A program made the position numbers and the translations under genes. Shown here in pieces: positions 39,622 to 50,732 of a DNA stretch of 64,000 nucleotides (positions are counted from its first letter, which is position 1; every line of letters begins with the position of its first letter). Under the pieces are notes generated by a model, which saw only the letters and a list, made by a program, of their open reading frames with translations, searched no databases and was not told the DNA's origin. This DNA comes from a virus (lineage: Duplodnaviria; Caudoviricetes), in IMG/VR virus record IMGVR_UViG_3300026549_000032, positions 32,001 through 96,000 of that record; one strand, given 5' to 3'.

Positions 39622-41565
39622 TTATTTCAAGGATATGAGTTCAAAACCATTTATTCGTTTGTTCTCGCTATCTGACCAAACCTTAGTGGGTTTAATATCA
39701 AACCACTCTAGCATGTCATTTGCTTTTGCATTTTTATTAATTGAGAGCTCTCGGTATACTTGTCCCAAAATTGATTTAATGTCTTTTGAAGACAGTTTAT
39801 CTCCAGCATTAAAGATACTATAGACTTTTTCTTTAAGGGCATCAGATTTAGTATCTACCACCATTAGCTCTCGTAACTCATTGTCTCTAAACTCATGAGC
39901 TTTACAGGTAGTAGTTCCGAGATATCCATAATAATCTTTAAACCTAGGGTCTCTAATCTCAAACTCAAGTCTCCTAGCTATGTAATCATTTCCTGAAAAA
40001 GAGTCCCTAAACTTGCAATATAGTTCAAGTCGATTATTAAAAGTAGTGTAACTATTAAATTCTTCCAAGAACAACTCAATATACTCTTCATCTCTGTGAC
40101 GAAAATCTTGTTGTTCAACACTTAAACTTTCATCTTGTAAAGAGCTAATAGCACGGGTTACACTAATTCTATCCTGATAGTCCTCTTGAGCAACTTCCCA
40201 AGCTCGCTCATGAGCAATCTCAATAAAGTTATTATAGACAGGTCTATCTAACTTCTCAGAAATACTCATGAAGTTATCACTATATAAACTCAATCCTTTC
40301 TTTAAAAGCTTAGCGTAATATCCTTTATATAGTGCGAGGTTTACTCTTCTGCCATCATCGTCCATATTATCATAGTAATTTCTCAACAGAGTCTCAGTAT
40401 CTGCTTTTCTTTGAGCTTGAAGTTTTTCGAAATCCTCTCTGGTTATCTTATTACCTTCTCTAAGAACTTTATAGAAAATTACTATATTATTCTTGAATGG
40501 ATTCTCTCTATCTCTTTGTCTACCAGCTATTTGTGGGAGATCAAGGGAAATATCTACGGCTAAGCACTGTAGGTTAGGGTCAGCGAAGATATAAGTAGAT
40601 GCACACTTACTATAGAAATCGGCACCTATATAACAAGTGGAGGTACAGAAAGTAAACATCTTATTAGGTTCGTTTTCCATTGGAATCTGACCACGAGTAA
40701 AACCAACCTCCTTTAAGGCCTGGATGTTCTTCTCAGTTTCGCTACAAAGGATATTAACTTCTGATGGATCAAAGTTACCATTCCTTAAGATCCGAGTAAT
40801 ATCTTTGACAGAATTAAAATAGAAAACAGCCTCCTTGCTCTGACAAACCTTCCCCTGGTCGTTGACCGTAATAGGGAAATTTCCCTCTCGATAGTTCTCA
40901 ATAATTCTCATAGCTTCTTTAGGGAGAGATTTAACCAGACGTCTTTGGATGATCAAAGTATCAACACTCCCTGATTTACTCCAATCAAGCTGGTAATAGT
41001 CCAAACCAGCGAATTCAGGGATTCTGCTCAGGTACTTCTCAAGCATGGGAGTAGCACTGAGAAAGAGGACATTAGGACATTCGTGGATAGTCTCTAGGAA
41101 ATTATTCTCAACCCCTGCTTTAAAATAGGCGTCAACGAAAATTGACTGAAACTCATCCACGACAAAGATAAACTGATCCAAAAGATTACGAGACTTTAAG
41201 TAATCAACAACGTAGTGAGTAGAGTCATAGGTAACCATAAACTTAATAGCCTGACCAGTGGTTAAGCAGGATAGGATATGATTAGCCATAATATCACTCA
41301 GTGAGTCTACATCTTTGAAATCCTTTATTTCGTTCTTCAGGTAGATAATATTCTTTTCCTCTTGATGTTTTCTGGCTTTATTCTCCAAGAGCATCTTCCT
41401 TGGGGAACAAAGAACAACGTGTCTGTTATTAGTCAAACACAATTCGGTGTAACCACATCCGGTCACACCTTTATCAACAATACATTGCCCTTCAGGCAAT
41501 TCATAGTCTTTCCATTCGGAAATATATCTAGTTCCAAAGGGAACTGTCATTGGAATTATATTCAT
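39622..41565 (-). CDS. SF2 (DExx) helicase-like protein, possible origin-binding/replication protein
   Basis: Degenerate Walker A VTGCGYT, motif Ia CSPRK.L, Walker B VVDEFQ, motif III LSATP, 'TSTCYIGADF', motif VI QIAGRQR; basic C-terminal domain. Confidence 0.7.
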   Translation of the reverse strand: MNIIPMTVPFGTRYISEWKDYELPEGQCIVDKGVTGCGYTELCLTNNRHVVLCSPRKMLLENKARKHQEEKNIIYLKNEIKDFKDVDSLSDIMANHILSCLTTGQAIKFMVTYDSTHYVVDYLKSRNLLDQFIFVVDEFQSIFVDAYFKAGVENNFLETIHECPNVLFLSATPMLEKYLSRIPEFAGLDYYQLDWSKSGSVDTLIIQRRLVKSLPKEAMRIIENYREGNFPITVNDQGKVCQSKEAVFYFNSVKDITRILRNGNFDPSEVNILCSETEKNIQALKEVGFTRGQIPMENEPNKMFTFCTSTCYIGADFYSKCASTYIFADPNLQCLAVDISLDLPQIAGRQRDRENPFKNNIVIFYKVLREGNKITREDFEKLQAQRKADTETLLRNYYDNMDDDGRRVNLALYKGYYAKLLKKGLSLYSDNFMSISEKLDRPVYNNFIEIAHERAWEVAQEDYQDRISVTRAISSLQDESLSVEQQDFRHRDEEYIELFLEEFNSYTTFNNRLELYCKFRDSFSGNDYIARRLEFEIRDPRFKDYYGYLGTTTCKAHEFRDNELRELMVVDTKSDALKEKVYSIFNAGDKLSSKDIKSILGQVYRELSINKNAKANDMLEWFDIKPTKVWSDSENKRINGFELISLK

Positions 41566-41592
41566 TGTATAATTTTAATTTTCTTCTCCTTT

Positions 41593-41627
41593 CATGGGTA
41601 AAGGTTTCAAGTCGTCCCGAGCGCAAA
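41593..41627 (-). promoter_or_regulatory. Promoter TTTTGCG-N21-TA-CCCA-TG for the helicase-like gene
   Basis: Minus strand TTTTGCGCTCGGGACGACTTGAAACCTTTACCCATG. Confidence 0.55.
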
Positions 41628-42059
41628 ATTTTCATTTCACGCTCGCGCGAAGAGGGATCTAAGCAGAGATATTCTTTTTCTTTGTTTGTCTAAAAATTTT
41701 CCCCACGAACGTATTCTCTCTATAATAGCATAGAAAAATGGAAAAATTAGACACTTGATTATCTTCTCCGCCTCGCCTAAGCTCGGCTCCGAAATACCAT
41801 CCTATATCCAACTGGGATGGCCGGAACGGCCCTTTCCTTTCGACATCCCGGGCGCGAGGACGAGTGATAACGAGGACGAAGTTGGCGTGGTGGGCGGGAT
41901 GTCGGTACGCTTGTCTTCTTTATTTCTCCTTACATCCGTCTTAGCCCTACAAAAATCAGACACTTCCATCTCTTGGTGTCATTTTTCTATATCACCTTAG
42001 TGAGGATTAAGAATTTTGTCAAAAACGGACACCAAATTCCACAAACGCCGACATTAACC

Positions 42060-42072
42060 CCTTACCTATGAT
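42060..42072 (+). promoter_or_regulatory. Promoter box CCTTA-CCTA-TG abutting ATG
   Basis: CCTTACCTATGAT-ATG(42073). Confidence 0.65.
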
Positions 42073-43137
42073 ATGAAAGAAGAAATGAACAATAAAAATC
42101 GATTAAAAATTATTTTTCGACCGTTTCTTCCTGAAACCAACTCCTCATCCTCACATTCCCTTGTTATTACACAAGGCACTCCCTACATTCTCCCAGGGAA
42201 TCCTCTCTGGGATGTTCCGACCGACCCATTGACCGCCAAACTCAAGATCGCCGGTTATGCATCATTCGGTCGTGGGGCTGGTGTGTATAACAGTGTCTAT
42301 TCAAAGATTCAGTATACCGCTGCTGCCTTGTGTTATTGGTCTAGGACAGAGAGAGCTTCGCATGAAGGTCTCCTCCGACTAGAAAGGATTATCAAGGATG
42401 TAACTGGTGTACCAGGGGTGACCTGGGAATGGATTCCTGATTATTATAAACGTCTCTTTACGGCCTATCAGGATCCTCGTGAGTTTATGAAGTACGGAGA
42501 GGAGGAAGAGTTTGGTTGGCCCGATGTGGACCATGAAGGAACGGATCGTTTTCCTGAAGTCTTAGAGTCAGATCAGACTATAGCCGACTTCATATTCTCC
42601 CCAACCTCAGTTCTCTATACTGGGGATGATGGTGGTTCGCCTTCTGTTCAATTCTTTGGAAGAACGGAACCTAAAGCTATTCTCCACGTAGAGATCCCTG
42701 AGCCCATCGGGCGTATAGATCTCCCTCTCTATAAATGGCCATGTAATGTGTTAAGTGAGATAGGAGACGTCTTGGGAAGAGGACCCTTGGATTCTGTGGT
42801 CTTTGAGAAAGGATCAACCCCTGGGGAATATATTGTCCGGGGGAAGGATGCCAGAGACCGCGAGCGTGTTCTCATAGATAATCCCTCGGGATCAGGTCCA
42901 AGAGTGGAACAAGATCAAGGGAGATTCTACTTTGCTGGGACAAACTATTTCAACCTCTTCAGGGATTTCCCGGCGGATGAGAAGCTGTACTGGTTTAGTC
43001 CGGCTCTCCCAGGTTATGTGGATGGGATTCGGAATGCTAATTATTCCCTCCCCGACGCTATGAAAGATCATCCCGACCTTTGGTTAGGTATCCCCTGGTC
43101 AGTAACAATCCTAGAACTTGGAGGAATCGAAGTATGA
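42073..43137 (+). CDS. Uncharacterised protein with N-terminal ETNSSSSHS motif (354 aa)
   Basis: Motif visible; 'VDH' and 'FIF..S.L.TG.D' also resemble this phage family. Confidence 0.7.
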   Translation: MKEEMNNKNRLKIIFRPFLPETNSSSSHSLVITQGTPYILPGNPLWDVPTDPLTAKLKIAGYASFGRGAGVYNSVYSKIQYTAAALCYWSRTERASHEGLLRLERIIKDVTGVPGVTWEWIPDYYKRLFTAYQDPREFMKYGEEEEFGWPDVDHEGTDRFPEVLESDQTIADFIFSPTSVLYTGDDGGSPSVQFFGRTEPKAILHVEIPEPIGRIDLPLYKWPCNVLSEIGDVLGRGPLDSVVFEKGSTPGEYIVRGKDARDRERVLIDNPSGSGPRVEQDQGRFYFAGTNYFNLFRDFPADEKLYWFSPALPGYVDGIRNANYSLPDAMKDHPDLWLGIPWSVTILELGGIEV

Positions 43138-44147
43138 TGATGTTCACTAGAGAGTATTACCCAGGGACCTATATAAACGGAAACTATTATGTTACAGGAT
43201 CCCCGGAGAATGGAACAAGAGTTAAGAGGACTCTTAGGGTGGGTGAAGATTTTAAACCTGCCTTCCCAGATTCCATTGACTTGAAAATAACGTCTGCCTG
43301 TGGGTTTGGATGTCCTTTCTGCCATGAAAGTGCTACCCCGAACGGTAAGACGGCTGATCTTGAAAGACTAAAAGCATTCTTAGACCCTCTCCCCAGGGTT
43401 GGTATAGAGGTTGCTATTGGTGGGGGAGATATATTCTCCTGTCCAGAGTTTACCTATGACTTGGTTAAGTGGCTAGAGAAGGATAATGGTTTTCTACCCC
43501 GTCTCACTCTGTCCCATAGGAACTATGAGGAACTAAACGATACTGTCGTCGAAGGGATGCTTCAATATACTAAGTTCTCTGAGGATTCCGTTGAGAAGAA
43601 ATTAACCTATCTCTTGGAAGAAATTCCGGTGGGTGTTAGTCTTAATCAGTACTTAGAGAATCCTATTCCAGACAGAATAAGTGCATCCTCCTTCCGTTTG
43701 AGTAGTGAGAGAATAGTGTACCATGTCATTGCTGGAGTTATTAATCCGGAGGACCTATGGGAAATGTGGTTAGATAGAAGACACTATCGAAAGATTCTTG
43801 TCCTTGGGTTTAAACAATTTGGACGGGGCGCTTCTTATACCCTCCCAGACCTAGACAAGACGAAGGAAGTAGTGGAGAGGATTCTTGCTCGACAGAAAGG
43901 TCTATTCACTGGAGAAGTTAGAAAGGTTATTGCCTTTGATAACTTAGCCATTGAACAGCTCGGTATCAAGAGTCTCCTACCCAAAGAGGAATGGGACACG
44001 TTCTATCAGGGAGATGAATTTACAGCTTCCATGTATGTTGATGCCGTGGAAGAAACTGTTGCCCCTACCTCAAGGACCCCTAAGGAGGAGAGAACCTCAT
44101 GGAATCAGACAACCCTTTTAAAGTACTTCAATGAAAACCATCGCTAA
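43134..44147 (+). CDS. Radical SAM enzyme
   Basis: 'FPDSIDLKIT..CGFGCPFCHE' CxxxCxxC, 'EVAIGGG', 'LVLGFKQFGRG', 'FDNLAIEQL'; ATGA overlap gives start 43134. Confidence 0.88.
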   Translation: MMMFTREYYPGTYINGNYYVTGSPENGTRVKRTLRVGEDFKPAFPDSIDLKITSACGFGCPFCHESATPNGKTADLERLKAFLDPLPRVGIEVAIGGGDIFSCPEFTYDLVKWLEKDNGFLPRLTLSHRNYEELNDTVVEGMLQYTKFSEDSVEKKLTYLLEEIPVGVSLNQYLENPIPDRISASSFRLSSERIVYHVIAGVINPEDLWEMWLDRRHYRKILVLGFKQFGRGASYTLPDLDKTKEVVERILARQKGLFTGEVRKVIAFDNLAIEQLGIKSLLPKEEWDTFYQGDEFTASMYVDAVEETVAPTSRTPKEERTSWNQTTLLKYFNENHR

Positions 44148-44679
44148 AAAAGAAAAAGTATTTGCCTTGGCTGGTATAGATCCAACCTGGAGGTGGAAGA
44201 GATTAGAAGTTAATGAAGGTACGCGGAGACATTGGGGTTATCCCTACTGGATTACCGATCAGGGGACTCCTATCATCATAGATCCCTATCGGTGGATGGT
44301 TTTCTGGCCGAGCCAATACCCTGAGCCGGAGAACATAGATCCAGATCCCTATGAAGGTGTTGATTGGGGAAATTGGAAAATCACTCGCCTAAGTGAGGAG
44401 AAGCCTTACATACGAAATGAATATGCAAGAAGTACATGGAACTATAATGTACTGTATAAGACAGGCGTATACGAAGTCAAGGATACCAAGTGGGGAGACT
44501 CCTATGAGATACAACTTCTCTGCTGGGATGTTGAATATGAATTCCAAACATTCCTCAGGACACCCCTCAAAGTGAATTCAAACTTGGGATCTGAGACTAT
44601 TCGCCTGGAAGATGAATTTTACCTAGAAATATTTAAACATAATGGAGAAAGCTATAAAGTCGCTCATCTCAACTGTTAA
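44131..44679 (+). CDS. Hypothetical protein (182 aa, Trp/Tyr-rich)
   Basis: Coupled ORF. Confidence 0.6.
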   Translation: MKTIAKKEKVFALAGIDPTWRWKRLEVNEGTRRHWGYPYWITDQGTPIIIDPYRWMVFWPSQYPEPENIDPDPYEGVDWGNWKITRLSEEKPYIRNEYARSTWNYNVLYKTGVYEVKDTKWGDSYEIQLLCWDVEYEFQTFLRTPLKVNSNLGSETIRLEDEFYLEIFKHNGESYKVAHLNC

Positions 44680-45055
44680 CAAGAAGATGAAAGTGACCTA
44701 TAAGGGAGGCGGCTGGATTGATGCCAGACGAACTCCTACCAGTGGTCAGAATATGGTTAATTCCCTGGAAGAATTTATTGATGCTGTCTTTAATCAGGAG
44801 TGTTATGACATCCCTGAGCTTAGGGAGGTAGAGGAACTCTTAGGAGGACGTCTCTTCAGTTGTACCTTAGAGGGAGAAGATGAAGCAAGACGTAGGTATA
44901 AACAGGCCACTATGACTATGGTTAGTCCTGAAGATATCGAGAACCCTAGTGAAGAACTCATTGAGCTCTTAGAGACAGCCAGGAAGTTCTTTGGTGGGAC
45001 GAAGATTAAATTTAATAGTGTACCAACTAAAATAAGATACAGCGTAGAATGGTAG
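44642..45055 (+). CDS. Hypothetical protein (137 aa)
   Basis: Coupled ORF. Confidence 0.6.
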   Translation: MEKAIKSLISTVNKKMKVTYKGGGWIDARRTPTSGQNMVNSLEEFIDAVFNQECYDIPELREVEELLGGRLFSCTLEGEDEARRRYKQATMTMVSPEDIENPSEELIELLETARKFFGGTKIKFNSVPTKIRYSVEW

Positions 45056-46506
45056 AAAAGTGGAGATTAGTAGAATCGTGTCGGCTTGTGCTGAATAAGG
45101 AAGCAAAAGAAGTTACTTTCAGACCAACCGACGTTAAGAAAGCTAGTGACGAAGGAATACTCCTTAGTGAGCCTGAGTTTGACTTAAAGTTTGATGATTC
45201 CTTAACCCCATGGATTAAATGGAAGGAGGAATATTACACTGTGAAAAACTTTATCCCCACCAACGAAGCTAGGGGGAAGTTAATCCGAGCTATGTCTGGC
45301 TTAGAGGGAACTAAACTTGATCCCGTCTTCAGTGAGGAAGCGGCGGATGCAGTTTGGTTCGTCAAGGCTGGAACACAGGAATATAAAGATGCTAGTGATG
45401 AAATGATTCGTCGACTGAATTGCAGTATGATGAAGAAAACTAGGAAATGGAAGCCTGGTCATCGCTACGATAGTGAGGATAAGACATACTACTATCTTGG
45501 GAAGTTCGTTAGTCATCGTAAGAATTATGACTCAAGCGAATTTCTCCATGATCCGGTTGAATGTCACTTAGTAGTTGAGAAGATTCCTGATGGAGTCAAG
45601 ACTATTCCCGATGTTCTCAGGACAGGTCTCTATGGAAGTACTGGAAAGGAGTTTATCCATACCCTTTGGGGTTCTAGTCTTCCCTTGATGGTTGATTCTG
45701 GACAAGCCTTAACAGATTCAGAGGAACCTTGGGATCTTCAGAGTCTCTACATGGACCAGCTTAAGAATATCTATGAGACAGGGGCCCCACTAGAGAAAGC
45801 TCTTGAGGTATTCGCCTACACAGACAAACCAGATGATGTATTTCTCCCCGGTTCGGTGGATCTAGATCCCATTGTGGCTCAGGTAAAGGTCACCATGGCA
45901 AACTTACTCATCGAGTGGTGGAACCTGAAATATAATGGAGATGCTCAGTATGTTGGTTCAGACCAGAACGAGGAAGGAAATATAAAGGGACTTATTACCC
46001 TTTTCTCGGGGAGTCTTGACCAGGAGAATATATTCAGAACTCTCTACTATCCAGAACTCTTCCGACTCATTGGTATTGACCTCACAGCTCTCGCTAAAGA
46101 AGCCTTGATTAACTGGGGTGGTGGTTATCTATTGAAAGGTGATTTTGACTATTACGTTAACGTATTACCTCTCTGGAGAAAACACCACAGAGAAATAGTG
46201 GACCTAGATCAGGCTTCCTCAGGGAATACAAATAATTTCCTCGGCAATAAGTTTAGTTCCCACCTGGCCGTTGCCTTAGAGAAACTACTTATCTCTGCTG
46301 CTTCGAATGGTGGTGAGGGAGTAACCTCATGGAAAGAGATCAACCGTGGGATCGCCAATAGGCCTGATATAGTGATTCAGGCAAGAGTCCTCCTCCAAGA
46401 TATCCTGGCTTTAGGAGAACCTAGTGAAACTCTTAAAAGTGATATTATTAACTCAGGATTTCAAGAGTTAAATATTAAGTTTATGAAAGATAAAGGCGTA
46501 AAATGA
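45049..46506 (+). CDS. Hypothetical protein (485 aa)
   Basis: Long coupled ORF. Confidence 0.65.
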   Translation: MVEKWRLVESCRLVLNKEAKEVTFRPTDVKKASDEGILLSEPEFDLKFDDSLTPWIKWKEEYYTVKNFIPTNEARGKLIRAMSGLEGTKLDPVFSEEAADAVWFVKAGTQEYKDASDEMIRRLNCSMMKKTRKWKPGHRYDSEDKTYYYLGKFVSHRKNYDSSEFLHDPVECHLVVEKIPDGVKTIPDVLRTGLYGSTGKEFIHTLWGSSLPLMVDSGQALTDSEEPWDLQSLYMDQLKNIYETGAPLEKALEVFAYTDKPDDVFLPGSVDLDPIVAQVKVTMANLLIEWWNLKYNGDAQYVGSDQNEEGNIKGLITLFSGSLDQENIFRTLYYPELFRLIGIDLTALAKEALINWGGGYLLKGDFDYYVNVLPLWRKHHREIVDLDQASSGNTNNFLGNKFSSHLAVALEKLLISAASNGGEGVTSWKEINRGIANRPDIVIQARVLLQDILALGEPSETLKSDIINSGFQELNIKFMKDKGVK

Positions 46507-46784
46507 AAGAACAAGCCATAATCAAAGAAGGAGTTGTTATAGAGGAACTTGGAAACTCCATGTTTAAAGTTCAACTCGACATGATTGGAGAACCAGTTAT
46601 CCTCTGTAGCATATCAGGAAAAATAAGAAAATATTATATCCGAATCTTGACTGGTGATCGGGTCAAGGTAGAGATGTCTCCTTATGACTTAACGAAAGGA
46701 CGAATCGCTACTAGACTCAAAGCTCCGGGCCAAGAGGAGGTAATAGGTAACAATAGTAATAACTCAAAAAAGAAAAAGAAATGA
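46503..46784 (+). CDS. infA: Translation initiation factor IF-1
   Basis: [22 protein letters not shown]...[33 protein letters not shown] matches IF-1; about 20-aa basic extension. Confidence 0.95.
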   Translation: MKEQAIIKEGVVIEELGNSMFKVQLDMIGEPVILCSISGKIRKYYIRILTGDRVKVEMSPYDLTKGRIATRLKAPGQEEVIGNNSNNSKKKKK

Positions 46785-47494
46785 GAAGACCAAAATTGAC
46801 GAACACCATGATTGGTAATGTCTATCCCTTCTTCCTGAACAATCAGGCATTGAAAACGTACTATCTCTATCAGATAGTTAGTCCAGGGGCTCTTAGCGAC
46901 TATACGCCGCTACTCACACTCCAGAAGATTTGTGAGAGGACAGGAGACAAGGACTTCAGTGCCGTGGAGAGAAAGGATTGCTGCATGTACGGAGCAGACA
47001 TCATTGCCACTCTCCTGAAGAGTCGTAAAAACATAAAGGCAGAGGCAGTCAAGTATCTCTCCGAACAGATCTTGGCCCGTGGTGATGGCAGTTGGCAGCC
47101 CACTCTGTATGAGAATGATGTTGATTTCCCAATCTTCGAAATGGATTGGAACAACAGTGTAGCAAAGGCCCTGATCATTGGTCTGCGTGACGCCCTGAGA
47201 TGGCAGCAGTATCGCTTTGCCCCAGGAAATAAGATCGATCTTCTCTTGACTCCAACGAAGTTTGGTGTCTTTGAGATTAAGGGTGATAAAGAAGCTATCT
47301 GGTTGGAGCCCGTTGGTGTGTTCCACAACAATGATGTAGAGATGAAGAATCCCATCGCCGGAGTAAACATGCAGGAACTCGATTGGCCTAAGGGTAAGTA
47401 CGTTGGAGCTACTCGTGCAAGTGCTCTGAATCGTGTACTCCGCCAGACAGAGTGGAAATCATTTGATAACACAGAAATTAAGGAGGCCCGTTAA
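46781..47494 (+). CDS. Hypothetical protein (237 aa)
   Basis: ATGA overlap with infA; followed by a terminator. Confidence 0.7.
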   Translation: MRRPKLTNTMIGNVYPFFLNNQALKTYYLYQIVSPGALSDYTPLLTLQKICERTGDKDFSAVERKDCCMYGADIIATLLKSRKNIKAEAVKYLSEQILARGDGSWQPTLYENDVDFPIFEMDWNNSVAKALIIGLRDALRWQQYRFAPGNKIDLLLTPTKFGVFEIKGDKEAIWLEPVGVFHNNDVEMKNPIAGVNMQELDWPKGKYVGATRASALNRVLRQTEWKSFDNTEIKEAR

Positions 47495-47510
47495 AGGTCT
47501 CCTCTTTTTT
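47481..47510 (+). terminator. Intrinsic terminator
   Basis: AGGAGGCC/GGTCTCCT stem plus TTTTTT. Confidence 0.65.
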
Positions 47511-47517
47511 ATAGACT

Positions 47518-47979
47518 ATGAGTACATCAATAGAAAACATAATTAGAGGACTGGTCTATTGGTCAGAACTCTTAGAGAAACAGAAAAAGAAGATAACTTG
47601 GCTAGTAAGAATTGTCTGGCTAGTGGTTATTGCAGTCTTGGTCTGGTGTTGGGGATGGTATGGAGGAAGTCTCCTGAAGAAGGGGATAATAACAGTATCC
47701 CTTATGTTGGGCCTCATAGCGATCTGGGGATGGACTGTTTTATATGAAATGTTCGCCTCATATCTCCTTGTCTCCTACAACATATCTAAAGCAACCACCA
47801 CGGAAACAGAACTCCTCGCAGATAATATGATCTTAGAGGACATGAAAGGTGGTAGCAGAAATGAAGAAGAGATGCAGTTCCTCTGGATACAGCTCAGAAC
47901 GGAGCTTGGTCAATGGATTGGTAGAAAACTACTTTCAGCCAGAGGATTCACTCCACCAGAGGGAGGAGAAGAAAAATAA
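47518..47979 (+). CDS. Membrane protein, 2 TM (153 aa)
   Basis: Two long hydrophobic stretches. Confidence 0.65.
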   Translation: MSTSIENIIRGLVYWSELLEKQKKKITWLVRIVWLVVIAVLVWCWGWYGGSLLKKGIITVSLMLGLIAIWGWTVLYEMFASYLLVSYNISKATTTETELLADNMILEDMKGGSRNEEEMQFLWIQLRTELGQWIGRKLLSARGFTPPEGGEEK

Positions 47980-48027
47980 AAAGAAAACCTAGGAAAGGAA
48001 ATGCTGGAACCTAGGTTTTTCTTTTTC
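47978..48027. terminator. Bidirectional terminator between convergent genes
   Basis: AAAACCTAGG ... CCTAGGTTTT with flanking A and T tracts. Confidence 0.65.
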
Positions 48028-48029
48028 AA

Positions 48030-50732
48030 TCACACCACTACGAATGCCTTCTTTGTAGCGGGATCATAGTCCACTGTGAAACTCATTGCATCAGGGGCAT
48101 CAATCATTGCTCGCCCGACGGAATCTGTTACCCAGCGCTCTATATTACGATTAAGCTCTCGTGCTCCAAGACCAGCCGTACACTCATCAAGTACATGGTT
48201 CTTGAGGGCAGGAGTTACTTTTATCTTCAAGCGGCTCTTATTGAGCTGCTTTTTAATTTTCTCCAGTTCGAGGTTGAATACCTTGCTGAGGTCATCTCTC
48301 GTGAAGTGACGGAATACTATCTGTCTTGTGAGTCGATTTCTGAATTCCGGCTTAAACTTCTTCTCGATAGCCTTCTGGACAATCTCCTTGTCCTTATTGT
48401 GGCGCTCCTCGTCAGTCGGCTGGGTGAAACCAACCCTAAGCTGTGAGGCTACTTCCTTCGTACCTATGTTAGAGGTGAAGATTATGATTGTATTAGAGAA
48501 GTCGATCAACTCACCACTACTCAGGTTAATACGTCCCTCGTCGAGAATTGGGAGAAGCACGTCATAGATATGTTCGTTTGCTTTCTCAATCTCATCAAAG
48601 AGGAGGACACAAGATCCACCATTTGTGTCACGAACCTTGATAAGCTCACCAGACTCGTCACTCCTAACATAACCTGGAGCTGCACCTAAGAGTCGAGTCA
48701 CGTCTGCCTCAGACGTCATGCTACTCATATCAAATCTCACAAGCGCTTTCTCCGTGCCATAGAAGATTTCAGCCAGTTTCTTGGCGAGATAAGACTTACC
48801 AACACCAGTTTCACCTGAGAACAGGAGCACACCATAAGGTTTGTTAGCTGGTTTAACTCCTAGCACTGCTCTCTGGATACAACCCATAACTTCGTCTATG
48901 GCTTCTGGCTGACCAATCACTGTACGGGTCAACTCCTCACGCAAGAACTTCAGCTTCTCTCTGTCGTTCTGAGCTACCTTGTCATAGGGAATTCGGCTTA
49001 TATTAGAGACGGCCATGATGACGTCTTTGTCTTCAACTTCAGTCCAGTTAGTCCTCTTATTGGCTTCTTTAGCTGTAGCCTTAGTCTCTCGCTCAATAAC
49101 TTCATTCAAGGCCTTCTCCTCGTTCCTGAGGCGTTCTGCTTCCTCGAAGTCCTGATCCTCCATGACGGCTTTCTTCTTAAGCTCAATAACTTCAGCTAAG
49201 CGCTTTTCGGCCTCCGTTACGTCTTCCTTCTTCTCCGTGATTCGTTTCAAGGAGGCCAGCGAACCAGCCATATCCATGGTATCAACGGCCTTGTCAGGGA
49301 AGTTCTTGTCTGCCATGTACTTACCACTTAGCTCAACACAAAGGTCGAGAATGGCGGGAGTATAACGTACTCGATGGAACTTCTCATAGTTGCCAGCAAT
49401 TCCCTTCAGGATCTTCAAGGTTTCTGCCTGAGTTGGTTCCTCTACCATGACCTGGGTGAATCGACGATTCAGGGCTTTATCCTTCTCGATATACTTACGG
49501 TACTCGGCAGGAGTTGTTGCACCAATCATCTGGAACTCACCACGTGCCAGGTAAGGCTTGAGAATATTACCAGTATCGTTCTGACCACCAGCCGAACCTG
49601 ATACCAGGGTATGAAGCTCATCCAAGGCAATGATAATGTCCTTGTTGTTACATACCTCCTTGATTAGTTTCTGGAGACGTTCCTCGAATTGACCACGATA
49701 CTGAGTACCAGCCACTAGATCATTCAAGTTGAGGCTACATATCCTCTTTCCCTGAAGTTTCTCTGGAACTTCCCCGGAGGCAATTCTCTGAGCAAGTTTC
49801 TCTATAATAGCGGTCTTACCAGTTCCAGCCTCTGACAAGAGAGCAATGTTTGGCTTACGCCTCTTCAAAAGAATCTCTATCATAGATTCTACCACATCGT
49901 CTCTACCAATCACTGGATCAAATTCACCACGAGCTGCTTTCTTTGTCAGGTCTACACTGTAACGGTCCAAGTTAGGAGTATCGGAGTTGGGGTCAAGTTC
50001 AGTTCCGTCTATGGCTTCATGACGACCTGCTTCCTCGAACTCCCTTTCTTCATCTCCATCACCACCACCGTTATTAGCTTGTGGGGTAGGAGCTTCCCCG
50101 CCAGTCTTCTCTAGGATTTCTCCTATGAATTTTGCTGCCTCGTTTGGATCTCCATCAGCTACTGTCTTCACTAAAGAGTCCATGAGACCAGCTACGCTCT
50201 TAGCATCTGCTTTTCTATTAGATACCATTATCTCGTATAATACTTTTGATTCAAAACCTTCCATGTGGAGGTATTCAATACAATCTTCGTCCTCACCACT
50301 CATCTTAAGAGCAGCCATGAGAACAACGTCCGTATCAAGTTCGCTCATTCTCTCAGGGAAGAGTTGCTTACTTTCCCCGAGGGCATCGTCAAAGATGTCT
50401 TTCATGTTATCACTTAACATGATCATGGTTGGGTCGAATAGGTCAAGGTCATCACTATAGGTAGGTGCTACCTCTTCTTCTGTGTCTGTTAGCCCAGCTA
50501 AGGCATCCAGGATCCTCTTCTTATCTGGCTCTTTTAATCCAGAGAAGAAATCCTTTACAGACTTATTATATTTTCTGTCGGTTCCTCTTCCACTAAAGTA
50601 ATAGTAGAATAGGCTGTAAATAAAATTACCGACCGTAATTTCTGTAATCTTTGCTTCTTGTGCCGCTTGGTAAGAAGCTTTTAGAATTTTTGTTAATTCT
50701 TCAGTGTTGTCAAAAAATTTCATTCTTTTCAT
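48030..50732 (-). CDS. clpC: Clp/Hsp100 ATPase, ClpC-type
   Basis: [30 protein letters not shown]; UVR M-domain '[13 protein letters not shown]'; [25 protein letters not shown] ClpP-docking loop, [13 protein letters not shown]. Confidence 0.9.
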   Translation of the reverse strand: MKRMKFFDNTEELTKILKASYQAAQEAKITEITVGNFIYSLFYYYFSGRGTDRKYNKSVKDFFSGLKEPDKKRILDALAGLTDTEEEVAPTYSDDLDLFDPTMIMLSDNMKDIFDDALGESKQLFPERMSELDTDVVLMAALKMSGEDEDCIEYLHMEGFESKVLYEIMVSNRKADAKSVAGLMDSLVKTVADGDPNEAAKFIGEILEKTGGEAPTPQANNGGGDGDEEREFEEAGRHEAIDGTELDPNSDTPNLDRYSVDLTKKAARGEFDPVIGRDDVVESMIEILLKRRKPNIALLSEAGTGKTAIIEKLAQRIASGEVPEKLQGKRICSLNLNDLVAGTQYRGQFEERLQKLIKEVCNNKDIIIALDELHTLVSGSAGGQNDTGNILKPYLARGEFQMIGATTPAEYRKYIEKDKALNRRFTQVMVEEPTQAETLKILKGIAGNYEKFHRVRYTPAILDLCVELSGKYMADKNFPDKAVDTMDMAGSLASLKRITEKKEDVTEAEKRLAEVIELKKKAVMEDQDFEEAERLRNEEKALNEVIERETKATAKEANKRTNWTEVEDKDVIMAVSNISRIPYDKVAQNDREKLKFLREELTRTVIGQPEAIDEVMGCIQRAVLGVKPANKPYGVLLFSGETGVGKSYLAKKLAEIFYGTEKALVRFDMSSMTSEADVTRLLGAAPGYVRSDESGELIKVRDTNGGSCVLLFDEIEKANEHIYDVLLPILDEGRINLSSGELIDFSNTIIIFTSNIGTKEVASQLRVGFTQPTDEERHNKDKEIVQKAIEKKFKPEFRNRLTRQIVFRHFTRDDLSKVFNLELEKIKKQLNKSRLKIKVTPALKNHVLDECTAGLGARELNRNIERWVTDSVGRAMIDAPDAMSFTVDYDPATKKAFVVV

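Larger units (their letters stand above)
41566..42072. other. Divergent intergenic region with direct and inverted repeats; candidate replication origin or structured RNA
   Basis: AAAAAT(T/C)AGACACTT x2; 11-bp IR 41730-41740/41980-41990; 10-bp IR 41841-41850/41895-41904; CGAGGACGA x2; GC-rich core. Confidence 0.5.

Noticed and set aside
41795-41910. tRNA gene in the GC-rich intergenic core
   Set aside because: No cloverleaf or TTCGA T-loop in the right context; no tRNA recognised in the window
41755-42000. 81-aa ORF in the origin-like region
   Set aside because: TTG start, no A-rich initiation context, and it overlaps repeats and hairpins; likely spurious
46900-47472. Long antisense ORFs (190 and 138 aa), and similar ones such as 18830-19555 and 22742-23293
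   Set aside because: Shadows of codon-biased sense genes; no motifs or expression signals
48030-50732. Inteins in ClpC, the helicase-like protein or the giant proteins
   Set aside because: No C...HN-C/S/T splice motifs or LAGLIDADG blocks noticed; motif spacing is normal
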